Source: Neodothiora populina
Lineage: Eukaryota
Assembly (NCBI RefSeq): GCF_041146345.1
Contig: NW_027191405.1
Location: 1,178,001-1,242,000, forward strand
DNA length: 64,000 nucleotides
Reading direction: 5' to 3'
The notes under the pieces are model-generated. The model was not told where the DNA came from. It saw nothing but the letters and a program-made list of their open reading frames with translations, and ran no database searches. Positions 1-11,971 of this stretch are shown here, one piece after another. The position numbers were made by a program, and so were the translations under genes. Position 1 is the stretch's first letter. Every line of letters begins with the position of its first letter.

Positions 1-1
1 G

Positions 2-124
2 AAGGAAAAGGGCGATGCTTGGGAGCCTGAGATTATCACTGCCGAGGTTGACTTTGAGCTCTTGAAGAAGATCCGCGCGGAGATGCCGCTGTTGAGAAGG
101 ACGGACGTGTATCCTGAGGTATGA
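2..124 (+). CDS. C-terminal end of a carbon-nitrogen hydrolase/nitrilase-family protein (Nit1/Nit2-like), truncated by window start
   Basis: Frame 2 reads ...WEPEIITAEVDFELLKKIRAEMPLLRRTDVYPEV-stop (TGA 122-124). This resembles the fungal nitrilase-family C-terminus (I.A..D...L..IR..MPL). Only 40 residues are visible. Confidence 0.6.
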   Translation, partial: KEKGDAWEPEIITAEVDFELLKKIRAEMPLLRRTDVYPEV

Positions 125-843
125 GTGCATGGTGCAGCAATCTGCCATTTCTCCTCTACTCACGCGCAAGAACTTTTATAGATGTGAAGTAAAGCAGATA
201 GACGCCAGATACAAATTGCAAGATTCATGCAGCATGTTGATAAGTAGACCCGCCTTGTCACATGTCAATTGCTGCCCCAGATCATCATTCCCCAGAAAAC
301 ATCTCATAACCACGTGGAGAATAGCATGTGAATTAGAAGACCATGACGATCCTAGCAACGCCCACTGAACCAAAGTACTACAGGCTGCCAGAAAAGAACG
401 TGAACCGGAGTAGTTTAGCGGATAAGTTCAAGTAAAGTAAGGTAAGGTAGGTGAAGGTAGAGTGCGGAGAAACAAAGCAAGAAACATACTGTCGTCATCG
501 ATCCTCCCTCCTCTCGTTACACTGACTTGCAAGTAGGTATGGCCCATCGAACAACCGTTGTGTGTCCCGAGGTTATAGTAAGAGAGACTAAGCATAAGGT
601 ATGTGTTGTAAATAGTATATAATAAGGTCCAAAGAGCCAGTAGTGTCTTGCACCTTAACTTATCCTCTCTTAGTCGTGAATGTTGTAGTCTTGGAATCAG
701 ATATAAAGAGCTGCATAAGAATAATTCGAGCTCACTTTGTTGATTCACCTATTCACCTTGTATCTCTACCTTGTGCATTCACCAGAAAGGGAGTAGAGAA
801 CCACTCTCAACAGAAGCAAGACAGGATTGTTTCGATCGAAACA

Positions 844-1263
844 ATGGCACAAGTGAGTCCCTCTCATCCTTTTCCTCTGAATGCCGTCTGCTATAAACAT
901 CCCCAACGAAGTCAACTCCACTCCATCCAAAAGCCCTACTAATTTACATGTCCGGTACAGAAAACCCTCAAAGACACCACCAAAGCAAATCCAACCCAAC
1001 TAGGCGACCCTGTATCCCTAAAAGCCGAAAGCTCCAATACCTCGCCTACAGAGCATGACAGACCCAACAAGCAAACCGACAAATCGGAGGGCAAGAAGAG
1101 TTTGAAACAGCTTGCAGAAGCCAATCCGACGCAGTTGGGAGATCCGATCAGTCTGAAAGCAGAGACGTCGGATACGAATCCTACTGATGAGACGAGAGGG
1201 GCTGTTGCTGATAATGCTACGCCTGCACCGCCGAGGGAGAAGGTTGTTAAGCCGAAATTGTGA
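844..1263 (+). CDS. Small hydrophilic protein (103 aa) with a duplicated ANPTQLGDP[VI]SLKAE motif; 2 exons (844-852, 961-1263)
   Basis: ATG GCA CAA, then GTGAGT donor at 853, CTAAT branch site and CAG acceptor at 958-960. Exon 2 is open to TGA 1261-1263. The internal peptide repeat has mainly synonymous nucleotide differences. Not in the ORF track. Confidence 0.8.
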
Positions 1264-1458
1264 GGGGGGGGGGGAATTTCACTTATTCGCAGAGTGCAAA
1301 GTGAAAGGTAGTGAAAGAGGAGAGGGGAAGTGGGTAGAGGTGTCAAGCATGGAGCAGCAGAGCGGTCGAAATGAACGAATGAGTGAATGACTTGAGCTTT
1401 CTAGGGTATATATCTCGCCTTTCTTTGTAAGTAAACAGTACTTCATCGAGTAGTCTCC

Positions 1459-3172
1459 TCAATGATGGTTATAGCGTCTCCGTCTGCCTTTGGTTCGGCC
1501 TTCCTCTTCCACCTCCTCTTCCTCTTTGCCCTTGAGCAGATCCGTGTCGAGTTTCCACTCGCTTATGTCGTACCAGTCCTCGCCATCACTCATCTCACCA
1601 ACGTGACCCTCTGCTTTGGCCCATCGGTAGACGTTCTTCCGCATACGGTCGGCCTTCAAGAGACGATCGAGCATGTACTCGGCCTCGCGCACCACCTGAT
1701 CCTGCTTCTGAACAAACAGAATCAGGAGTCGGCGTGTCTCCTCGGCTTCGTCAACGGGCAGGCCAAAGTCTCGGTCAGGCAAAGCGACCGAGGGTAGATG
1801 AAAAAAGCCGTGAATGGGAGGTATGGAGGAAGGAGCGGGCGATGGCGACTGGTCATCGTTACGATTGGGCGACGTGGGAGTGCGAGCTCTGGCGCGGGTC
1901 GTCATGCGATGTTGGGTCTGATTCGAAGGCGAGTCGGCTGACGAGGCAGCATCTGCGCTCGTTGGAGTTGGTGAAGTGCCATGCGTGGCTTTTGCGATTC
2001 CATTCTCGTGGGGCGGGTGCTCGTTCGAAGGCTGGTCACTCGGAGCATCCGCTGTGTCTCCACTAGACCCAGAAGCATTGTGATCCGTGCCGTTGTTCCC
2101 TTTCTCTTTTTGATCCTGGTCCGATGAAGATTTGACCAGGGCCATGTCTGTTGACTCGACGCCGTCCATGTCCAAAATCGAAGCTTGGTCTTCGGTCGAT
2201 TGAGGCTTGACCGCTGTGATAGCAGAGTTGGAGATCGCGTTGTTGTCATTGGCTGACAGCGAGGCATGCTCGTCAACAGACATGGCAGACTCGTTGACAG
2301 ACAGATCGGTATCATTGCCGACTGACTGCGGAGCCGTCGACGCTGTATCGTGAGCACCCGCGGCGACGGCGGCCGAGGCCACGGTGGGATGAGGGTCAAG
2401 GAGTAGGATATCGTGATCTGTCTCAAGTTTCTCCACGGGTATCCAAGGATCATCGCCCCTGAAGATCAGCAATAGGCTCTTGACTTTTGATAAGATCTCT
2501 CTCTCGCGGTGCAGACTGGTCCTGGCATTCTCGGCCATTTCGGCCAAGGCGTTGGAAGTAAACGGTATGGACATGGAGGGATGCTCGGCCAGATCAGCAG
2601 GAGATTTCAGAGGAGCAAGTAACTCTGTTGGTGAAGCCTGATTAGCTGATGTAACAAAGAGACAGAGTGGAGATCTTACCCTCCAGTCGCGTCTCAGCCC
2701 AGGGATCATCATCGTTCGTGCTAGAAAGATGGCGAGGGTCTTGGTCTCCGTCGGCCGGTGGTCCTTCTTCCTCTTCCTCGTCGATCATGTCTCCGTCCTC
2801 ATCGTAGCGCACGGGCTTGGCCTGGATGATGTATCTCTGGTAGCCGGCGTGATTGATTTTCTGCACAAGGAGGCAAAGTCAGAAGAGCGACGACAAGTGA
2901 CGCAGAGTGAGGCAAGCGACCTACCCTCTTGTACGATCGTCCGCCGGTGATGTCGAGTCTACCCTCGCGCACGTGTGAGGCATTGCGTTTGAGTTTGTTG
3001 CCGCGATTGCTGGGTTGCTTGATGGACGAGTCCGAGTCCGAATCTGACACATGTCATGTCAGTCGAGTGAGCGAAAGGACGGAGAAATAGACGCACCATT
3101 GTCGCGTCTGCGCATGGCCAACTTCATGGCGCGTATCGTCTCTGCGAAGACGATGCTCTGTTGCGACGCCAT
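1459..3172 (-). CDS. RXT2: RXT2-like subunit of the Rpd3L histone deacetylase complex; 4 exons (3172-3097, 3043-2925, 2860-2680, 2624-1459)
   Basis: Spliced N-terminus MASQQSIVFAETIRAMKLAM...DSDSDSSIKQPSNRGNKLKRNA..KINHAGYQRYII..ELLAPLKSPADLAEHPSMS matches the RXT2 N-terminal domain. Canonical GT-AG introns keep the frame. C-terminal GHVGEMSDGEDWYD motif. Confidence 0.8.
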
Positions 3173-4476
3173 CTCGTTCTTGCTGACTGTGTCTCTGTCC
3201 TCGGCTCTTGCGCTCGACACCAACTGGTCCCTTCTCTTGGTCTCAGGTCAATCTAGCCAGGTGTTTCGATGGTTGTGTGAATGTTCAGTAGGTCAGGCGC
3301 GGATCGTCATGAGTCTCTGGCCTCTACTCGCTGGTCCCTGACGATGCGCGGAACGAGGGCCACGGTGCGATGTATCTTTGGCAGAGCTTCAGCGATGCAG
3401 GTCTGCAGGTTGCTGATCGTCTTGTGTTTGCTTACTTCCACAGATCAAGACAATTCGAATGGAACAAATGGAGTCTGGTAGGAAGAGAGAACGAATGACA
3501 AAGTCGGGGAGAGACAGAGAAAGATGGGTTGCGTTGATTCCGCAACTTCACATGCGCAACTTCCCTTCACCTTCTTCGCTCGAGCCTTCCCCGCAAAAAT
3601 GCCCGGAGACAGAGGAAGGCACGGACGTCATTCCGTGCTCTGCGAGTAATACCTTTTGCCATTGCTTCAACACTGCAGATGATCTTGCATCTCTACTTTT
3701 TCTAATTGCTACTGGCCTCAGATGTTATCGACCAGCGGCCATCGCAGCAGTAGATAGTCTCAATTCATCTCAGCTGTTCTGATGCTCGTCATCACGATAT
3801 AGATTGTTGTTGGCTATGGATTGAAATGCCCTGACTGAGCATATCTTATCCCTTGGCAGATGCAAGATCAACCCTGATTGTGAGGGGGAAACAGCAGGAT
3901 ACCTACTTGCTTGTATTGTACCATATCGACTTATCTTATCAATCAGCCGGTCTACCATGAGGTGGGTTCTCCAGAGCTCAAGCCTTCAATCTCCAGTTGA
4001 AACACCAAAACATCGTCGTCATCTTCACAAGAGTACCAGGTAGAGCATTGTGGTAAACTTTCTTCTTTCCACCTTACATCGGTCGTTCCTGATCTTTGCA
4101 TCTCGCATCGATCTGCGCAGGATTGCTGCTCTGCCCACTCACAAGATACTCGAGCTTGTGCTCCCAGATTAGATAAGAGGAATGTGTACATGAGGTAACT
4201 CTATATCATTATTAGTACAGTGCGAACATCACAGTCGACCCAAGGTATGTTTATGGATCTGACACTGTTTTGCTATCGCTGTCCCATACCCGTTGATTCA
4301 ATGTAACGACGCGTTTATGTGATTCGTGCGAGGACTTGATATATTGTTGTCTGCGCATCGCCAACTCTTATTCCAGGTTTCAACGCCATCCCCATACCTG
4401 TATATGACTGTCGGCCTGGTGTATGGACTAGTCGAGACTTATCACTCTCCAAGGAGAGCTGCTTCTTTCGCGAATC

Positions 4477-7400
4477 ATGGAATCTTACCCGGAAGACTAC
4501 GTGCAACACAACTTGCCCTTGCTGGTTCTGTCCGGACTGCCCGTTGATCAAGATCTTGCTGAATCTTCCGAGAATGGCAATAACAGCAACAGCAGTGGTA
4601 ACAACAATGGCCTCCGACTGGCCTCCAATTTCCCTATTATATCCGCGCCCTATGCCGACCAGCTGCTTGACGAGTTTCTCAAGTATGACGGCGCTTCACA
4701 GTCCTGGAGTGAGTCAGCCCAAAACGAACGGGCTGGCGTAATCGGCTTCAAAGTTGCCAGTATTGGGAGGGTAGGTATGACTTGGGAGTTCATTCTTCAC
4801 CCTGCTGTCATTTACTGAGATGTATGCTGCTAGACATTCAACTTCCCTCCGCGCAAAGCAGTGCCGCCTCCTCTGGCTCTGTCCGATCCTCAGACACCTT
4901 CGGTCACTCACTCCACAGCCCTTGACCTTCACTCGCCCTTGTCGCCTCTATCGCCCACCTCGCCCATCTTTCCTGATGGGTTAATGACCCCTTTGTGGCT
5001 TGCCAAGCACCAGACTCGCATTCCTTCAATCTTTCTCTCTTTTTACAACATCACCACCGACCATGCCCATGCGACGTCGTCAGACAGCGCCCTCAAGTCT
5101 GACATAAATGCTACGAAGGATCTGCTGGTAAAGTCCGGCTACAAATCGCGGTATGCTGTCATTCTTGTCGCCGATAAACCTGGCCCTGCCACTCCGGAGT
5201 GGGAGGACCGCATCGCCGGCATCAGACGCGCCACTGGTCTTGATCCTCGAACCGCATTGTTCTTCCTGCCTTCACCCCAGTCCACCAATGCTATAGCCTC
5301 TTTTGCTTCCACCGTCATGGCTGCGCTGCAGCCTGTGTGTGTTGATTACTACCGCGATCTCACCAAGCATGCCAGGCGGAAGAAGGGGCGTGGTTACATC
5401 CCGCCGCCGACTGCCTCCTCTCGGGGCTCCGCACACTCATTGACGCCGCATGCCTGGAATGTCCGATATGAATTCAAGCTTGCTGTCTTTGCCGAATTCC
5501 GCCAGGAAATGGACGTCGCACAGAGACACTACGAATCCGCCCTGGAGGAACTATTCGGTCCCGAGGGCGACCTTGAGACGACAGCTAGCTGGTCCCCACG
5601 CTGGAGTGATTGTCGTGTCCTGTGCGACATTATAGCTTTCAGGATATTGAGGTGTCAGATCTGGCGCGCAATGACAGCTTCTGCCAGCGAGTCGTGGTGT
5701 AATTACAGGTATCGAATGAAAGATCTGGTCGACCGCCGAGGTAAAGGCACCGACGGCTATGGATGGCAGGCATGGGAGGCCAGATGGGCCAAGATGATGG
5801 CGCAGCTCATCGAGATGGCCGATCTGCCCGTCTTCAGACCTGTAGACCTGACAGACACCCGTGACCAAGTCCCAACTTCCTTCAATGCTATATATGCACC
5901 TCCTGAGAAAGCTTTCTCGTCAATGGACCGTTTACCTCCCTTTCATTACTTACATCATCCTGGTTATTGGTGGAAGATTGTCAGTAAGCACATTCTGGCG
6001 CGGTGGAAGCAGGCAGAAGCGATCCCTATCGAAGACAGAACTCCCTTGGATCAATTGTCCGCCGCTGAAGCAGCTAGTCGTGCCCGCGCTTACGATACTT
6101 ATCTGGTCCCTCAGCCTCATGAAGAGAACCCGAGTGATGGCCACGCTACATATGACCATCTGCTCGATATCCGCAGCAACGTCGAACGTGCCGAGAGCGA
6201 ATTCGCCTGCCGGGGACAGATCCGCATGGTCCATTACCTTAGGCTCATATACGCACGCGAGTTGGTCAAAGCTAATAGGCATGGAGAAGCCCTTGATATG
6301 CTGCGCCCGGTATGGGATGAGCTGAAGTGGCAGCACGAAGGTTGGTCAGTAATGGCCAAGGAGTTCTTGTCATTGGTGCGCCAATGTGCGGTCAAGCTTG
6401 ACGACAGGCCATTGGCTGTTGAAGTTGCATGGGAAATGGCTTGCGACGGTATCTACATCATTAACATCGCCTCCTGCGAATTCATACTGACTGCGTGGCA
6501 GTGTTCCAGTTCGATGAGCCTCTTACTCTGGTTGACGATCTCGCACGAGCAGCTGAGCAACAACAAGGCACTATCGTCTCCCTCCATAGCAAAACTCGAC
6601 TGTCTCCAGGTGGGTAGTCTTCTTACTCTCCTACCATCTCCAGATTGCTTACACACTGACAGTCAGTGTACAATTCGCCTTCATGTCAAGCGAAGGCTTC
6701 GTGGGTGATTCAGCAGCAGCGCAAATCACGATCAAGTACAACACGACACCATCTGCCGAGCCTATATGCTTGTCTGAACTTCGCGTATTCTTTGGCACTA
6801 ACATACGTAGTCTTCACATCCTACACACTGATGCAAATGACGAGGTATTCTCATATCTTGGCCCTTTGCGTGAGCAACATGATCCTTCCCATCCGATGGC
6901 AAAGAGTCTACATTGCGAAACATCACTAAAGATCAGCCCGGGTCAAGTCCGCGTGCTCGACCTGGCTATCCCACTACGAGAGGCGGATACGTTCAACGCG
7001 ACTGGTGCGTCCCTAAAATTGGGCCGCGACGGAGCGGCTCTCGAATACGTATTCTCTCAATCCTCAGACATCGAGGGCACAACATGGCTGTTGCCATCTG
7101 ATAAAGGTATTGTTCAAAGTCCAATCTGTAGAGTCACTCCGAGCGTCACCAATGTCTTGCCGAAACCTCCAAGAATGCGCATAACGTTATCGAACGCCCG
7201 AGAGCAGTACTTTACCAACGAACGACTTATCCTGGCTTTCGAGATCACGAATGGGGAAGATGACGAAGCCGACGTGCAGCTGGAAGCCAAGGTCGAGGAC
7301 GAGGAACAATCATCGCTGGACGTGTCCTGGGATGACAGCGTCAGTGGTGACGAGAAGCCTGCGTCAGACCAGAAGACTCTGCGTATCGGTAGCTTGGCCG

Positions 7401-8443
7401 CCACCAAGTCAGTGACTCACCATATCGAGATACAACCGCCAGCAGAGCCATCAAGCTACACTCTCAGTATCGCTGCAACATACCGACTCGCCGCATCGGC
7501 TCCTACAGAGCCACCCCTTACTAAGACCGCCAACCTCGACTTGGCATTCGTCAGTCCCTTCGAAGCCAATTACGAGTTCACACCGCGTCTACACAACGAA
7601 GACTACCCCAGCTTTTTCTCCAGCCCGAGTGCTCCAACGAGCGACTCAGACGGCAAACGTATCCCAGAGGGAGTCAAGCAAAAATGGGCTCTTACGAGTC
7701 GCGTCGCGTCCTTTGCAAGCGAAGCACTGATCATAGAGTCAACCTCGGTGGTAGTCAACAAAGTGAGCAACAACTCCCGGTGCACACCATCGGAGAGCAA
7801 ATCACCAGACCTGCCCATCACGATAGAAAGCCGCGGCATGACGAGCGTGGTCCACGAAATCGACACACACAAGTTTACTCTCGAAGATAGACGAGTCTCC
7901 GCTCTGGATCTCAGTCTAGCGATCAATTGGCGACGTCGAGATGCCTCTACTACTACCACCTCGTCTCCTTCCTCCTCTAATCCAGAGACGACAACGACCC
8001 TACTTGCCATACCAAGTCTTGCCGTCCCCCACGGCGAGCCTCGCGTCCTATGCACCATTGACGCAACCCCCTCTACTTCCTCAACCGATCACCGACGTCT
8101 AAAAGTATGCTACACGATCGAAAACCCCTCGATGCACTTCCTCTCTCTCACATTGACCATGGAAGCAAGCGACGAGTTCGCCTTCAGCGGACCCAAATTC
8201 CACGCTCTGTCCATGACGCCCATGAGCAGAGCCAGCTACGAGTTCAATCTTCTTGTGTATGAGCCTGTGAATGAAGATGAGGTCGAGATGGTGTCGCATC
8301 ATGGCAAGCGTGGACGCTGGATCTGGCCCGCGCTTAGGGTCATGGATCCGTACTTCAATCGCGCCTTGAGGGTGTTGGCTGGTGGGGATGGCGTGGTTGA
8401 TGATGGGAGAGGTAACGTTGTACTTTGGATTGCGAAGGAATAG
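4477..8443 (+). CDS. TRAPP complex subunit 11-like (Foie gras/Gryzun domain protein), multi-exon
   Basis: ORFs 4477-, 4861- and 6683- are joined by short introns (about 4771-4833, 6449-6508, 6610-6666). Motifs MESYPEDYVQHNLPLLVLSGL, YYRDLTKHARRKK, WNVRYEFKLAVFAEFRQEMD and C-terminal IENPSMHFL...FAFSGPK are typical of fungal TRAPPC11. Confidence 0.8.
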
Positions 8444-8575
8444 GAATGGAACTGAATAGAGAAATGTATTTGTGGTTGGTTGGTCGGGCTCACACTACAA
8501 AAGGAAGATTATATAGAGAATGAAAGTTGCGCTGAAGATTAGTATCGTTGAGAAATCAGGTCCGCTCTCCCGTTC

Positions 8576-10445
8576 TCATCTTTTCGACCCATTGCCTGTG
8601 TTCGCCGCGGTGATCCTTCTTTTACTCCTGTGCCGCTCGGTAACGGCATCATCGTCGATGGTGGCATTCTTAGGACTCGCATCGAACGGCTTCCTGCGCC
8701 GAACCATTTGATAGCCACGATCCAACTCGACCTCGACCGCGCAACGGATCTTCAACGCACCAATTGCCGGCCAGACACTCCGCTCGCCTTTCATGATCCA
8801 ATACTCGATACCCTTCTTCGTGGGGTTCTCCAACAACTTGGGGAAATCGCCGAGCGTGACCTCGGGCACCAGCGTCAGACTCGGGCCGGGCACGTTCTCG
8901 TCTAGCAGGAAGCGACGCACGCCGGGCGATAGGAACCCTAACGAGTCTAGTTGGTTGAGCCGGTGTTGCATCTCCATGACCATGACTTTCAAGACATTCA
9001 TCGTCAGACTCGATCGCCCTGCGTAGCGTGGCTTTGGGCTGTGCATGTCGCTCTGCAGGAAGGGGGCTATATATGGTCGGGCTTGCGACACGATGAAGTG
9101 GTTGACGTTGAAGAGCTCGGCTATTCTGTGGAGTGGCGAGTCGCGCTCGCCGACATGCTGGGTCCGCTTCGAGGGCTTGAGATATGTGTCTTGCATGGAC
9201 GTCCAGGGTGTGATGTTGCCATCTTCGTCCTTGCATTGTAGAGGAACCGAGTTTGCGTCAGATGTGTTTGATGCTAATGCGGCGGTCCAAATAAGCTATT
9301 CGGTGTCAGAAGAGGCGAACAGGTCATTTTCTTTCGCTTCCATCATACTTACCACATTAGGTGCAGTGAGATAGTTCAACAGAGTTGGAAGTCCGCCACC
9401 AACTGAGGTAATGGTAATGTTGAGCACTCTCTTGGTCCTTTGATATGCCTCCATGAACGTCAGATTGCCGACATTTGCTCGAACGCATTGCTCAAGCACG
9501 CTGGCGTCCAATATGACACCTTGGGTGAGAAATCGCCGTGCTCGTCGCATAAGAGTAGGCAACCAACCATGCCGCTTTGAAGTGGTTCCAGCAGCATTTG
9601 CAGCTCTCTCTGAACTTGCAGTGAACGCACTGAGATCGATGCCGTCTCCACTGAGAAAAGCAAGAAGTTCCTCCTCCCTGTGGATGCCAACCAGTGCAGC
9701 GATAAGTGCGCCAGTGGCCGTGCCAGATATGATCCGAGGTAGGAGACCCCGGAGATGCAATGCTTTAACTACGCCGATATGGCAGAGACCAAAGATGGAG
9801 CCGCCTTGTAGTACAAGAACACTTCTCCCAAATGCCTGCCGAGTATCATGCAACAGGTCCAACTTTGCTTGGCTGGTGAGACCGCCATCGTAGCCAGGAG
9901 TTGTGGGATATGTCGCAACATGTTCCACTGCGAGAGCTACTTGTGTGATATAATCCTCGATTAATAGTTTCGTGCCCGCATACGCCCGATTATACAGCCG
10001 AGGAGTGGTGATGCTGCCGAGATTGCGTACCAGCCCCGAACGCAGTAGGTTGACAAGGGCGAGAACATCATCGTCTTCACGAGCTTCGATGATATATTGC
10101 AGACGATGATTTAGTAGTCTGTAGTCGTAGTCTTTGGAGGGCGCACTTTGACGCCTGTATTGTTATTAGATAGGGAGCTCATTGGGGAAAAATGCGCCAA
10201 GTACCAAAGGTCATTGCCATATATCTCATCGAGGGCAAACGCTGCTGCTTCCCATTCCTCGTAGAATCGAGCTTGGTTGAGGCACTCGAGCTGTATGTCT
10301 TTTTGGCTCTTGCGCGTCAGCCATATCCATAGTCTCTGTCGCATTGATTAGACATTGTTCCACATACGACATGCTTGTAAATGGCATAACCACACACCGA
10401 GAGCCAGAAGCGAGTTATATCGAGAACGAATCGCGTCAAAGACAT
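8576..10445 (-). CDS. Patatin-like triacylglycerol lipase family protein (TGL3/4/5-like, DUF3336 plus patatin), catalytic motifs degenerate
   Basis: Exon 1 (10445-10398) MSLTRFVLDITRFWLS splices to RLWIWLTRKS..EEWEAAAFALD. Further motifs: YDYRL, LLHDTRQAFGRSVLVLQGGSIFGLCHIGVVKAL, LLNYLTAPNV and ELFNVNHFIVSQARPY. Confidence 0.85.
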
Positions 10446-11971
10446 CACATCTGCAAGCTATGGAAACCCTAGTATCGCTAGTTGTTGCGATTGAGCTGCA
10501 TGATTATTCGACGACTACTAACTGGGAGCACAACGCTACAATATGGTGTATGGTCTAGTGAATGGAGGGGCAAGTGAATGGTACAGTAGATGGTGAGGTC
10601 GCCAAGCATTCCATTTGTCGGCTCTTGTTGAGAGGGGAAAGCTTGAGACAGGAATACTGTACGCTCTTCACCTTAGCTAGGAGCCTAGGAGGTTCGGAGG
10701 TAAGAGCACCTCCGTCAGACACCAAGGGTGGAAAGTGGCACATGTACGAGCACATGCTCTTGTAATTGACCTGCAGGAATGGCTCTACTTTGATATCGTA
10801 TGCATCCGTACAAGGTACGTCGAGACTGCACCAGACTACATCGTTAAGTAACATGAGATGTTATCAGGTCTGACGGACTGCTTATCAGAGCCCGTCAAGC
10901 TATCCAAATCACAATTGCAAGTCCGCTGCCCCTCTAATGTAGAATTCTCCGCGAAGGCAGATCATACAAACGCAGCACAGTGACATTTCTGAAGATAAGA
11001 GTGTTGCAAGCACTATCTGTCTGTAGTTGAACTCGAATGTACGGTGGCCAGTGCGACAGGCCAGCTCTTAAGAATAGTCGATATAGAGGGTCGAGATCAC
11101 CTACCGAAGTGGTTGGCGGTCTGCGGTGAACTGCACTGTACGGAGGTACTGTATGGTGCAGTAAGCTTCTTCCTATAATAAAGCTGAAAGGCCACTGTTT
11201 TTGTTCTCGGCCGATCAAGAATTCGATTGTTATAATGACGCGAGCTGTGCACGAATCAATGGTGGACGGCCGTATCAAGACACCACTGTGAATACTCCAT
11301 GTGCACAACAAGTTCCTGGCTCCCTGTGAAATTGATGAAATACTGTCCGGCGGGCCAATTGACACGTAGACCATTCCTGTAGCTGGTCAACCAAAGTCAT
11401 CGAAGGTCAGTGCGGTGAAACGCGGCGCACCACCTTCGCCTGGAGAGGTCCGCGTTAGGTGTCCCCTTTAGTGATCACAAGGTGTTATCGAGGGCCTCTC
11501 GCCGACCTGTTACTGCTGTCTTACATTTGTTTTCATTGTTCCGCACTGGAAAGTGTGACTTTCTCGAACCTCCCTCACTGCCTCCCATTTGACTTTACAG
11601 CTTGTTGCACGAGTTGCACGGCTGATTCGTCGTTGTCTTAGGACAGATTGCCCGCCTGTGGCGTTCTTCTCCACATTTCCGCTTCGTCCTTGCTTTAAAG
11701 TAGGACTGTCCCCAAGTGCCCCATCTTCAACGACAAACGTACCCTCACCTTTACACCTGAGTCCTGCCCTGACAATAAGTGTCATCAGGTTTCGTGTGTC
11801 AGCACCTCGACAACGGCACAGTTATAACCAACCACTGCGCATTCCGGCTCAAGATCAGTTCGAGCGCCTCGGAGTTGTCGTTGGACAAGGTGAGCAGTCC
11901 CCTGCAGCCAGTCGAGCTTGTGGACGCACATTAACAATATTATCTGTTCAGTACCAATCCGTCCCGCAGAC

